Assembly: GCF_001194135.2 (NCBI RefSeq) | Contig: NC_068984.1 | Location: forward strand, 20,166,862-20,230,727 | From: Octopus bimaculoides | Taxonomy: Eukaryota | Length of the DNA: 63,866 bases | Reading direction: 5' to 3' | In this document: positions 27,591-38,291 of the stretch, in pieces | Layout: every line of letters starts with the position of its first letter | Numbering within the stretch: position 1 is the first letter of the stretch | Program-made: the position numbers and the translations under genes | The notes under the pieces: model-generated | Database searches by the model: none | The model's input: only the letters and a program-made list of their open reading frames with translations | What the model was told of the DNA's origin: nothing

Positions 27591-28795
27591 AGTTTCTGTC
27601 TACTTTCAGTTTCTTTCTACCAAATTCAGTTTCTTTCTACCAAACTGCTTCTTTCAGTTTCTGTCTACCAAATCCACTCACAAGGCTTTGGTTGGCCACA
27701 GGCTACAGTAGAAGACACTCGCTCAAGGTGCCACACAATGGAACTGAACCAAAGACTACATAGTTGGGAAGTAAGCTTGTCAACCACACAGCCATGACAG
27801 AATAATTAAAACCCATAAAGTAGGAAATGGTGGAACAAACTATGAGTTCAATGAAATCAAATTAGCCATAGAAATACTGAGTATAGTGGTCATAAAATTC
27901 TAAACATTTAAATATATGTCTTGTCATTCAGTTCAAATCAGCCTTGTTCAAGCAGTGGTGACCATCTGTATTTTTCATATTACATATGTTACATTATCTA
28001 ATACACTCTTCTCATTTACTTAACTTTTAAGCTGGTGAGTTAAGATTTGAGAAAACTTGGGGTTCTCTTCTGAGCAGGTTCAACAATCATATAGCAGTTG
28101 ATTTGTTTAAAATATTTTGTAAAGAAGTCTGTATCTAAATGAATTGACCAAATGTTATCAATACATGGAACTTACTGCTCAGCTTCTGTGAAAAGTTCCA
28201 GGCGGAATAATTTTGATATTGTTTGATGCAACAATAACAACACTGAAGTACTTTATTACATAATAGCATCAACAGCCTGAATTGGTAAATTTACATGTTT
28301 GCATATTTTACTAAATAAACTCTGAGCAGGCATAGGATAAAAAGAAACATTCCAGCCATAACTAGGACTACATTATCCAACATATCCTTTTCTAAGAGAA
28401 TGGAATGCAATTTGGTTGTTACTTCTAGCAGCATAGGCTCATAATAGATGTTAAGAATATTCCCCGTTAATTCTGCCTAAATATAACAATGACATTACAG
28501 TAGCTGATTAGACCAAGAATTTATTGATGTTTCAAGCCATAGCCATTGTCATTAATGATTCAAAGCATAAATCTTTCATGTTAAAGATGGAGAGGATTTA
28601 AATGAAGATTATGTGGCAACAGTGAATAGATTTTAAGAATTAAATAGAATCTCCTGTTGTGTTGGAGCAGAGCAAAACCTTTCCAATGATGGAAACACTT
28701 TTACAAAACACTATTAGCAATAATTCCCAGAAATAACAACTAAGATTAGAGACACTAAACCATTTTCTCTTAAAGCACTTTAATGGTGCTATCAT

Positions 28796-29128
28796 CATCA
28801 TCATCATCATCATCATCGTTTAACGTCTGCTTTCCATGCTAGCATGGGTTGGACGATTTGACTGAGGACTGGTGAAACCGGATGGCAACACCAGGCTCCA
28901 ATCTAAATTTGGCAGAGTTTCTACAGCTGGATGCCCTTCCTAACACCAACCACTCAGAGAGTGTAGTAGGTGCTTTTACTTGTCACCTGCACGAAGGCTA
29001 GTCAGGCGATACTGGCAACGGCCACGCTCGAAATGGTGTCTTTTATGTGCCACCCACACAAGCCAGTCCAGGGGCACTGGCAACGATCTCGCTTGAAAAT
29101 CCTATGAAGGCCAGTCAGGCGGTACTAG
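28796..29128 (-). mobile_element. Short RTE-3'-end element, family B
   Basis: (CAT)n tail plus the conserved body shared with 59362-59725. Confidence 0.85.
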
Positions 29129-29282
29129 AACTACAAATAGACCACAAGGTAATTCCAGGAGTTTCCAGTTTGAAATTATTAACAGCTAACTTCTGAAATT
29201 AACAAGACTTCATTACTACATATTTTATGATCAACCCTTTATCTCCAACATATTCCCATTACCTTTAGAAATTGAAGACATA

Positions 29283-29880
29283 GAGTAATCACTCGCCATA
29301 TCATGGTTCACCTATTGTGACCTCAATACATTGCAAATTTTTCTGGCTAATATATGTAAGTTTATATCATGGACTTCTCAGTATATCACAGCTGATAGAT
29401 ATCTATATTTTTTTAGGTTTTAATTATTTCTGTGGTAAAATAAGCATTTTCACGCCTAAAAATTAAATTAAAAAATAAAAATACAGAACAGTACTGCACT
29501 GTATAACACATTAAAATATATTAAAAGAAAATACATAGTGTGCCATAGATGAGTAAACAAAGAATCACACATACTGTATGGAAAATGAATCTCAGGGGGA
29601 AAGTGTGTGGTGGTGTTTTGTATTTATAATAAAATAAATATATAACAAATATATAAAATTTTTTAAATTATAAAAATAATTAAAAAATATACAGTACATA
29701 GGCACAGGAGTGGCTGTGTGGTAAGTAGCTTGCTTACCAACCACATGGTTCCAGGTTCAGTCCCACTGTGTGGCACCTTGGGCAAGTGTTTTCTACTATA
29801 GCCTTGGGCCGACCAAAGCCTTGTGAGTGGATTCGGTAGATGGAAACTGAAAGAAGCCCGTTGTATATATGTATATGTAC

Positions 29881-29912
<32 letters not shown>

Positions 29913-30204
29913 TTGTGTTTGTCCCCCTAGCATTGCTTAACAACCGATGCTGGTATGTTTACATCCCCGTCACTTAACAGTTCGGCAAGAGAGACCGATA
30001 GAATAAGTACTAGGCTTACAAAGAATAAGTCCTGGGGTCGATTTGTTTGACTAAAGGTGGTGCTCCAGCATGGCCACAGTCAAATGACTAAAACAAGTAA
30101 AAGAGTAAAAGAGTAAAAGAGTACAGTACTGTCTCTACTTCATGAATTTTCACCTATCGCAGGGGCTTTGGAATGCAACACCTACAATAGTTGAGGGATA
30201 ACTA
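29283..30204. mobile_element. Tc1/mariner (pogo/Tigger-like) MITE, degenerate, interrupted by a SINE
   Basis: Degenerate ends GAGTAATCACTCG / TGAGGGATAACT; interior aligns with the 45331-45538 copy once 29701-30122 is removed. Confidence 0.65.
29701..30122 (+). mobile_element. SINE family A, full length
   Basis: tRNA-like head with A/B-box-like motifs, internal (TA)/(TG)n, tail (GTAAAAGA)n. Confidence 0.9.
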
Positions 30205-31060
30205 ATTGCAAATGTGTACATGTAAGTGTGTAACACAGAGGTTCTTTCAACGGTTCATATACACAGTCACATATGATGTTTACATGTAATGCTGTAAAGA
30301 TCATTCATGTGAATTTTTTAAAAACACTGATCTCAATTTACATTACGCAGCAGCTTACACTGAAGATCTGATTGACAATTTATTCTTATTCTATTGTATC
30401 GGCCATCTGTGGTCTGAACACGTATTAAATTACCTCTTTATCTGTTTCTTTAGAGAATCACATAATAGTGAGAAAAAAAATACAATAAAAATAAATCTAT
30501 ATCATAACCATACCAGTTCAAAACCCTACTTCACTTATATTTCAAATGTATTTCATATAAAAAAATAATTTAAAAAATAGTATTAAAAAGAAGTCAAGAA
30601 AAATGAAAAAACAGCCTAAACAGAAATAGTTAAAAAATAGCACATATGATCTGCTAACAGTTACTAGCTATTTACAAGAGAGGGAGAGAGAATCATTTTA
30701 TCACGATATGAAGTGGGATTATAAACTTGAAATTAAGGAATTACAAGGAAGAAGATGCATGCAATTCACATATTAATCTTTTTTTCATTTACTTAATATG
30801 AAATGACTAAAATTTATCATTGTTAGTAATTATGTATAGTACTATTTCATTCTTTATAGAATCTTCAGCATGACATAACCTGTGACTTGTTTAAACGTTT
30901 TATGAAGTGAGACATTTCATTAAAGCTGGAAATTAATTGCAGTCTGGAAGACATTCACAGAATGTGAGTGGGGGGGGGGTCATAGAACATTAGTAGATTA
31001 GGAATAGAAAGAATAGAGTTTTAAAAAAAAAGGTCTCGATCTAATATAGAATTAGAAGAA

Positions 31061-31473
31061 TACTCTTTTACTTGTTTCAGTCATTTGATTGCGGCCATGC
31101 TGGAGCACCGCCTTTAGTCGAGCAAATCGACCCCAGGACTTATTCTTTGTAAGCCCAGTACTTATTCTACCGGTCTCTATTGCCAAACTGCTAAGTTACG
31201 GGGGACGTAAACACCCCAGCATCGGTTGTCAAGCGATGTTGGGGGGACAAACACACACACCACACACGCGCGCGCGCGCGCGCACACACACACACACACA
31301 CATATATATATGACGGGCTTTTTTCAGTTTCCGTCTACCAAATCCACTCACAAGACTTTGGTCAGCCCGAGGCTATAGTAGAAGACACTTGCCCAAGGTG
31401 CCATGCAGTGGGACTGAACCCGGAACCATGTGGTTGGTAAGCAAGCTACTTACCACACAGCCACTCCTGCGCC
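31061..31473 (-). mobile_element. SINE family A, full length
   Basis: Reverse complement of 29701-30122. Confidence 0.9.
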
Positions 31474-33252
31474 TATGAATGATAACATTGTCTACATGTC
31501 TGGGATACATTGTTAGAACAGGAAATGATTAACAAAACAACATCTCGATAGCTGAATCACCAAAAGAATTGGTAGGTCTTACACTGAAAACTTCAATTGC
31601 AATTAGAGAAAACCACCAGCATTTGGACAAATACATATCAAATAGCAAACTAACCAACCATCAAACAACTGGTGATGTTGACTATCTGAAGAGAATTTGT
31701 AGTTAATGCTTTGGCCAGATCTTTCTAATTCTGTCTTTTCAACTCAGCTTGAACAAGTTGAAATGTGATCAGGTCAGCAAATGCTTTTGATATTTATTTG
31801 TAGAAATAACAATATTTCAGATACACCTCATCAACTACAGTATTATACACTACTACCAACTGTGCAAAGAGCATGTTTTTTTTACTTCTCATATTAACAA
31901 CCATAAAAATAACAATCTACCTCTAGGCCACCAACTTAGCTTTAGTAATATTCAGAGCAAAAAAAAAGGCAAAGAGGTTGGTTTACTCAAACAAGAATAA
32001 ACTTACTTTCTATAACAAAAACCAAAATAGAAGGAAAATGTTCCAATCTATACATCATCATTTTGACTTCTTCTTTTCCTTGCCTGTATGGGTCAGATAG
32101 AATTGCAATCGATTTTCTGCAGCCATGTATACTTCCTGTTGTCAACCATCACCTGTTTCTAAGTAAAGTAATATTACCCCAAGGCCAGACATGTTTTCAT
32201 GGAAAATTGGAAACAAATGACACTGGTTGTACAACAGTGACATTCGTTTACAACAATCATGTGATGTCAAGAAAGGAGACTCCAACATGTACATATACAC
32301 AACAGGTTTCTTTCAGGTTCCATCAACCAAATCCACCAACAAGGCTTTACTTGACCTGGGATTGTGTCATACAGGAGGACGGAACCAGGAAGCAAGTGGT
32401 TGGGAAGTAAACTTAACTACAAAGCTACATCAATACCACATATACATATTGTAAATTATTTCTCTTCTAAGTTAGTGTCTTATACATAGGAGACATTAAC
32501 AGCTGTATTATATATAATATTTAATCTTACTCTGGCCTTGTTTAATTGGTTGTTAATGTACAAGAGACATATGTTGGTGAATGCATTGGATAGTGTAAAG
32601 AAGATTCTAAATTGTAACTGTCTGATCAATATTGCAACCTGGTACAATTAGCTATTGTATGGTAGACAAGATGTTACTACATATTGTTCACATCCAACTA
32701 TAAGCCAACAAAGAAGACTTTATGTCAGTAGTTCACACTGAAAAGGAGATGAGGTCTGCCTCAAGGGCGGTGGGGGTGTGAGCATTAATTTCATAAAATT
32801 AAAATGGTTATAAAGTTTTTAAATTTATCTGACACAAGTTGAACAAGGGGGAAGAAAACTGAACAATATGGACAGAAACTATTCTGTATTCTCATTATTA
32901 ACAACAAACTTTAATGTATTCAGTAGAAGTTAAGTATTTGCCAATTTGAAAGCCACAACCCAATGTAGTTGCTCAATCTGCAAGAAATAGCTGCCAAACC
33001 TAATCTCAAATTACTCCCTACCATCCTAAATAAAGGAATGCTTGAGTGGAAGTGGTATAAACCTAGCTAGCTCAAGAGTAGAGATCATTATAGCATATGT
33101 AGAAAAGGAAAAGGGAAGTTAATCATTCGACTGGCTCTTTTCTGGATACAGTCTCAGATACCAGTATGTGCAGTAGCATCACCCTTCCATGCGTGCGAGC
33201 AACACTCCACTGTAGCCCTCAATGGGGTTTTATAGAATGTTAATAATTGTTG

Positions 33253-33700
33253 TGTGGAGGCGCAATGGCCCAGTGGTTAGGGCAGTGGACTCGCGGTCAT
33301 AGGATCGCGGTTTCGATTCCCAGACCGGGCTTTGTGAGTGTTTATNNNNNNNNNNTCATAGGATCGCGGTTTCGATTCCCAGACCGGGCTTTGTGAGTGT
33401 TTATTGAGCAAAAACACCTAAAGCTCCACGAGGCTCTGGCAGGGGCTGGTGATGAACCGTGCTGCACTTTTCCACCACAACTTTCTCTCACTCTTACTTC
33501 CTGTTTCTGTTGTGCCTGTAATTAAAAGGGTCAGCCTTGTCACACTGTGTCACGCTGAATATCCCCCGAGAACTACGTTAAGGGTACACGTGTCTGTTGA
33601 GTGCTCAGCCACTTGCACATTAATTTCACGAGCAGGCTGTTCCGTTGATAGGATTAACTGGAACCCTCGACGTTGTAAGCGACGGAGTAACAACAACAAC
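33253..33700 (+). mobile_element. Young tRNA-derived SINE, family C, with 11-bp target-site duplication
   Basis: A box TGGCCCAGTGGTTAGG, B box GGTTTCGATTCCC, (CAA)n tail; AATAATTGTTG at 33242-33252 and 33701-33711. A decayed inverted copy lies at about 54400-54650. Confidence 0.9.
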
Positions 33701-33959
33701 AATAATTGTTGAAGTATTTTTTCTGGTCCTAAAGAAAAGAGCCAGATGCATTTCTTTGAATAAAGAGGATGAATCAATTTATAATTTGGTATGATCCCTT
33801 GCAATCTACAATGTCAAATTACAAACTGGAATCTTAAATTCATTACTATTTCTAGATAATTGATTGTCTAGCATGTTGCTTTCATGTCCAGTTTCATGTT
33901 CAGGCTTGTAAAAGTAAATCATTCTGAGTAGAAAAATTTTATGTTATATATATACATAT

Positions 33960-34148
33960 ATCATCATCATCGTTTAACGTCCGCTTTCCATGCTAGCATG
34001 GGTTGGACGATTTGACTGAGGACTGGTGAAACCGGATGGCAACACCAGGCTCCAATCTAATTTGGCAGAGTTTCTACAGCTGGATGCCCTTCCTAACGCC
34101 AACCACTCAGAGAGTGTAGTGGGTGCTTTTTCGTGTCACCCGCACGAA
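33960..34148 (-). mobile_element. Short RTE-3'-end element, family B
   Basis: (CAT)n tail plus conserved body. Confidence 0.85.
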
Positions 34149-34514
34149 AACATATATATATATATAATAATCTTTGCATTCTGTGGAGGAATTTTCACTT
34201 ACAGCTAACATGCCAAAACACATCAATATTCTTTACCTTGCACTTCAACAACACAAAGTTAGCTTCATCAATAGCAACACAAAATTACTTTTAGATAAGA
34301 AAAGCATTAATTTTTATTCAGATCAACATGAAATGAATCAAAGTCCTCTCTCTCGCTCTCTCTCTGTAACACCACACACAAACTGATGATCGCCTATTGT
34401 TAAACATCAAAGACTAAAAAAAGGTCAAACAGCTCCAGCAAAGCCACAACCAAGTGATTGGAATTAGTAAAACAGTAAAAGAATGGATAGCATAAACACT
34501 TATCCATGAATGGT

Positions 34515-34660
34515 TGCATGCGAGTGAGCGAGTTAGTGAGTGAGTGAGCATGCGTGCATGCGTGCGTGCGTGCGTGCGTGCGAGTGAGTAAATGAAGTGT
34601 GCGTGCGTGCAGGTTTGTCCGCTTGCGAGTGAGTGTTAGCGCGTGCGTGCGTGTGTGTGT
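34515..34660. repeat. (GTGA)n/(GTGC)n compound microsatellite
   Basis: Direct reading; CpGs are retained. Confidence 0.9.
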
Positions 34661-34894
34661 GTACATTATATTACATACAATATGTAGTATCAGTGAAAAT
34701 AGTGATGTACCAAACTGCACAGCAAACAACAATAGAGAAAAACAGAATTTAAAACTATGATGATAATAACAATTACATCGTCATTTAATGTCCAAGTTCC
34801 GTGCTAGCATGAATTGGACAGTTTCACAGGATCTGATGGGTCCAAGGGACTGCATTGTGCTACGGGGTTTCAGTTTTGGCAAGGTTTCTATTAT

Positions 34895-35135
34895 TTTATA
34901 AAAGCCTGGTATTTATTCTATTGATCTCTTTTGCCGAACGGCTAAGTTATAGGGATGTAAACACACCAGCACCGGTTGTCAAGCGGTGGTTGGGGGACAA
35001 ACACAAAGACACACACACAAGTTTCTTTCAGTTTCCGCCTACCAAATCCACTCACAAGGGTTTGGTCGACCCGAGGATATAGTAGGAGACACTTGCTCAA
35101 GGTGCCACGAAGTGGGGGTAAACCCCGAACTATGT
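34895..35135 (-). mobile_element. SINE family A, partial, CpG-retaining
   Basis: Reverse complement of the family A body. Confidence 0.8.
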
Positions 35136-35294
35136 AGCTGGATGAATCCTCTACACATTATTCAGGGAAGGGGTTGAGTAAAATAAAAGATTATCAATAC
35201 TAGTGTAATTAAGTCAGTAACCAGGATCAATGACGAGCAACAAAAATTTGACACTAAAATATACTATCGCGAAATAAAAGTACTCTATAATATA

Positions 35295-35691
35295 GGCATA
35301 TCTACAGTTTGGTGCCCCACGAATTTGTTTCTTCATAACTTTCTTAAAGTTACTTTTTAATTTTGCAGTGATAAGTTTTTTAAGTTATAAGACGACGATC
35401 ATGTTGATAGAATTATAGATTTTTCAGCGGAGTTTCGAACCATTTACATTCATACGATTTTCGTCGTAACTGTTTAAAATTTTTTTTTTAATTAAATTTT
35501 GCCGAAAAAAGCTTTCGGAGTGATCCCGAACTCCACCAAAAAAAGTGTTATTATTATCATCATCATAATCGTAAAACTACATCCTCAAAAATATTTCTCT
35601 CCAAAATTTCGTTTAAAAGAAAATTTGCATTTTATAGAACGTAGTGAAATATGAAAGTTGGAAGGGGAGGGCACCAAACTATAGTTATGCC
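35295..35691. mobile_element. MITE with 23-bp terminal inverted repeats
   Basis: GGCATATCTACAGTTTGGTGCCC (35295-35317) against GGGCACCAAACTATAGTTATGCC (35669-35691), 2 mismatches; non-coding interior; TSD unclear. Confidence 0.75.
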
Positions 35692-36314
35692 CGGTATATG
35701 TAGACTGCAAATGACTGTCACGACTCCTCCGATATAATCGCTTCAGTTAACGCATCAGCAATAAATAAATAAATATATATATATATAGATAGATGAATAA
35801 ATAAATAAATAGATGAAAGCAATATAAATATCCTTGCAAACATCACTAAAATTCTACTTGTGAGAAAGCTTAGTTATCCCCCTTTAATTAATAGACAATC
35901 GAGCGCACTATAACTGCTTGGCTGTGCGCATGTGCGCGCGCACATAAGTTTTGCAACTAGCGCACTGTTCCATCTTAGCTGTACGCATGTGCACGTGCGC
36001 ACACGTTTTGCATCTAGCGCACAAAAGAAATTAATATGCACTGAAAGGTTAGTTTCCTAAAATATATTAATTAGCAATTATACTTATTGAAAATAAACCT
36101 TTAATTAAGGGTGTCTTTAAAGTTGTTCGTCGGGTTTTTTTTCAAATACTACGTTTGCACAACCAAAATCTCCGACTCCTGTTCTGGTTTTTTCGGCAGC
36201 AACACGGCTGAGCCATTCATGTTTTATGGACAATCGTGAAGTTTAGGAAGATCCGGAAATGTTTCCAATTCTGCCGATAGCTTAATTTTTATAGAAAAAG
36301 AATATTGGTTCACT

Positions 36315-38291
36315 ATGTCGGATACAAAAGAAGTGAAAGGCGTAAAGCGCAAAAGAACTGCAAGTTTGTTTAAAGATGAATGGCTTAATAAAATCGTAGA
36401 AACAGTTACACCGAAAGGTCACGAGGTCATGCACGTTCAGTTACGAGAAATCTTTGTGTACGATTCGGAAATTGGAGTCGTCTGTTTGTATTGTCGTGAC
36501 GCGAAAGTTACCGGAGTATTTGCTAATGGAAAGAAGTGGGGCGATATTTGGAAACTTGACTTTCTGAAACGTCATTTGACGAGTAAATCGCATTTGCACA
36601 GCGTTCAAAAGCTCAGACAACAAAACTCGTCATTTCCCTTTACAGGAGTTATACGCATGTTACGCAAGAGTGCAGATGAACGAGAGCGAAAACGGTCAAA
36701 CCCAGAGGAGATCAAAGTTCTTATTGACAATGTGTTATTAGCTATTAAAATGAACAACTCTTTATATTCAGTTCAACACATTAACGAACATATGGCAAAA
36801 TACGTCCAACTCCCAGACAATTGGCAAAGCCAAAATTACGCATTGGAATTTCTAGAGACTATCAACTATATTGTTCAGAAAGACATGTTTGAAGAAATAG
36901 CATCAGCTGATTATCACACGTTAACAATCGATGAAAGTACTGACATATCTATCAACAAACGTTTCGTTCTCTACTTCAAATTCAGACCTAAAGATTGTAC
37001 TGTATATAAAACCTATTTTGGCGGAATAGTTCAGCTACAGGCATGTGATGCTGCTTCAATTGCTTTGGCAATCAAACAGTTTTATGAAGAGAAGAACCTT
37101 GCACTCCACAAAATGGTGATGTTTACATCTGATGGAACATCAGTAATGCTAGGTTGTAATGGCGTCGCCACAAGACTGAAACAAGACATTCCACACTTAG
37201 TCCAGCAACACTGTGTAACACACCACGATGATCTAGGCATTGGTGATGCATGGGAAGAGATTGAGTTATTAAGAGACATTGAAATTTTGATGAAAACAAT
37301 CTATACTGTATGTTCCCGATCTACTGGTACAAGATGCAAATTTAAAGAAATTGCAGAGGCCACTGAAAATGAAGCTGTTAATTTCAGACTGCCTAATGAG
37401 GTCAGATTCTTATCTAGACATTTTGCACTGCAGGCAATATTAGAAAATTATGAAGCATTGGTCATACATTTTGAGAAAGAAAAGTTAAATGATCCTGTAG
37501 CTAAATACTGTTACAAGAAATTAATAAACCTCACATACAAAGTAGCCCTACAGGTTTTAAATGATGTCTTTGAGGAAATGACTGCATTGTGCAAGATTCT
37601 GCAAAAGACTGGCTTGACAACAATTGATGCACTTCATTTTGCTCGAGGCAAAATTAACAAGATACGAAAACAGTATCTGGGAGACCATGTCTTGTGGAGC
37701 AACAAAGTTAAAGTTTTGCTAAGCCAACAGTATGAAGAAAACTTAAAAGTAGATACAAGTTCATTGTTGACTTTTATAAATCATCTTTGTGTTCATTTAG
37801 AAGAAAGGTTTCCTGAAGATGAGGTACAAGAATGGTCAGCTTTTGATATCTCTGCAATTGTAGGATGTGAGTTTACCTTTGGTGATGAGCAAGTTAATGC
37901 TTTATGTGTAAAATATCGGGACTTCTTAGGTGAAAATTCTGTAATTGTCAGACAGTTTAATGATTTCAAATTTTCCGTGCAGGAAAAAATTAAATCCAAA
38001 CTGATTTCAAACTTTGCTCAAATGGTAACATTTGTGCTTCAAAATGAACAGTTTTGTGACCTTGCAAAATTGATGGATATCGGAGGCACTTTTCTAGCAT
38101 CTAGTGCAGACTGTGAAAGAGGTTTTAACATAATGAATCAACTCAAAAACAAGCTGAGAAACCATCTGGATGACTGTCATTTGGATATGCTAATGAGAAT
38201 CAAAAGCTATCAATTAGATGGGAATCCTGTTAGTCTAGATAGAGTTTACAAAGAATGGGTAAATACCAAAGAAAAGGAAGAGAAAAAATAA
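36315..38291 (+). CDS. hAT-superfamily transposase-like protein (ZNF862/C17orf113/KIAA1586-like), 658 aa, single exon
   Basis: N-terminal KRKR; FKDEW..CLYC..RHLTSKSH zinc finger; catalytic-type motifs TIDESTD, TSDGTSVM, HCVTH (CxxH), VRFLSR; C-terminal dimerisation motif SSADCERGFNIMN. No stops or frameshifts. Confidence 0.92.
   Translation: MSDTKEVKGVKRKRTASLFKDEWLNKIVETVTPKGHEVMHVQLREIFVYDSEIGVVCLYCRDAKVTGVFANGKKWGDIWKLDFLKRHLTSKSHLHSVQKLRQQNSSFPFTGVIRMLRKSADERERKRSNPEEIKVLIDNVLLAIKMNNSLYSVQHINEHMAKYVQLPDNWQSQNYALEFLETINYIVQKDMFEEIASADYHTLTIDESTDISINKRFVLYFKFRPKDCTVYKTYFGGIVQLQACDAASIALAIKQFYEEKNLALHKMVMFTSDGTSVMLGCNGVATRLKQDIPHLVQQHCVTHHDDLGIGDAWEEIELLRDIEILMKTIYTVCSRSTGTRCKFKEIAEATENEAVNFRLPNEVRFLSRHFALQAILENYEALVIHFEKEKLNDPVAKYCYKKLINLTYKVALQVLNDVFEEMTALCKILQKTGLTTIDALHFARGKINKIRKQYLGDHVLWSNKVKVLLSQQYEENLKVDTSSLLTFINHLCVHLEERFPEDEVQEWSAFDISAIVGCEFTFGDEQVNALCVKYRDFLGENSVIVRQFNDFKFSVQEKIKSKLISNFAQMVTFVLQNEQFCDLAKLMDIGGTFLASSADCERGFNIMNQLKNKLRNHLDDCHLDMLMRIKSYQLDGNPVSLDRVYKEWVNTKEKEEKK

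Noticed and set aside
31266-31283. (GC)n/(CA)n alternating tract, potential Z-DNA
   Set aside because: It is the variable internal microsatellite of a SINE A copy; nothing locus-specific.
33253-33330. tRNA-like sequence with A and B boxes
   Set aside because: It is the head of a SINE with body, tail and TSD, not a tRNA gene. The repeat at 33297-33404 spans a 10-N gap and is an artefact.
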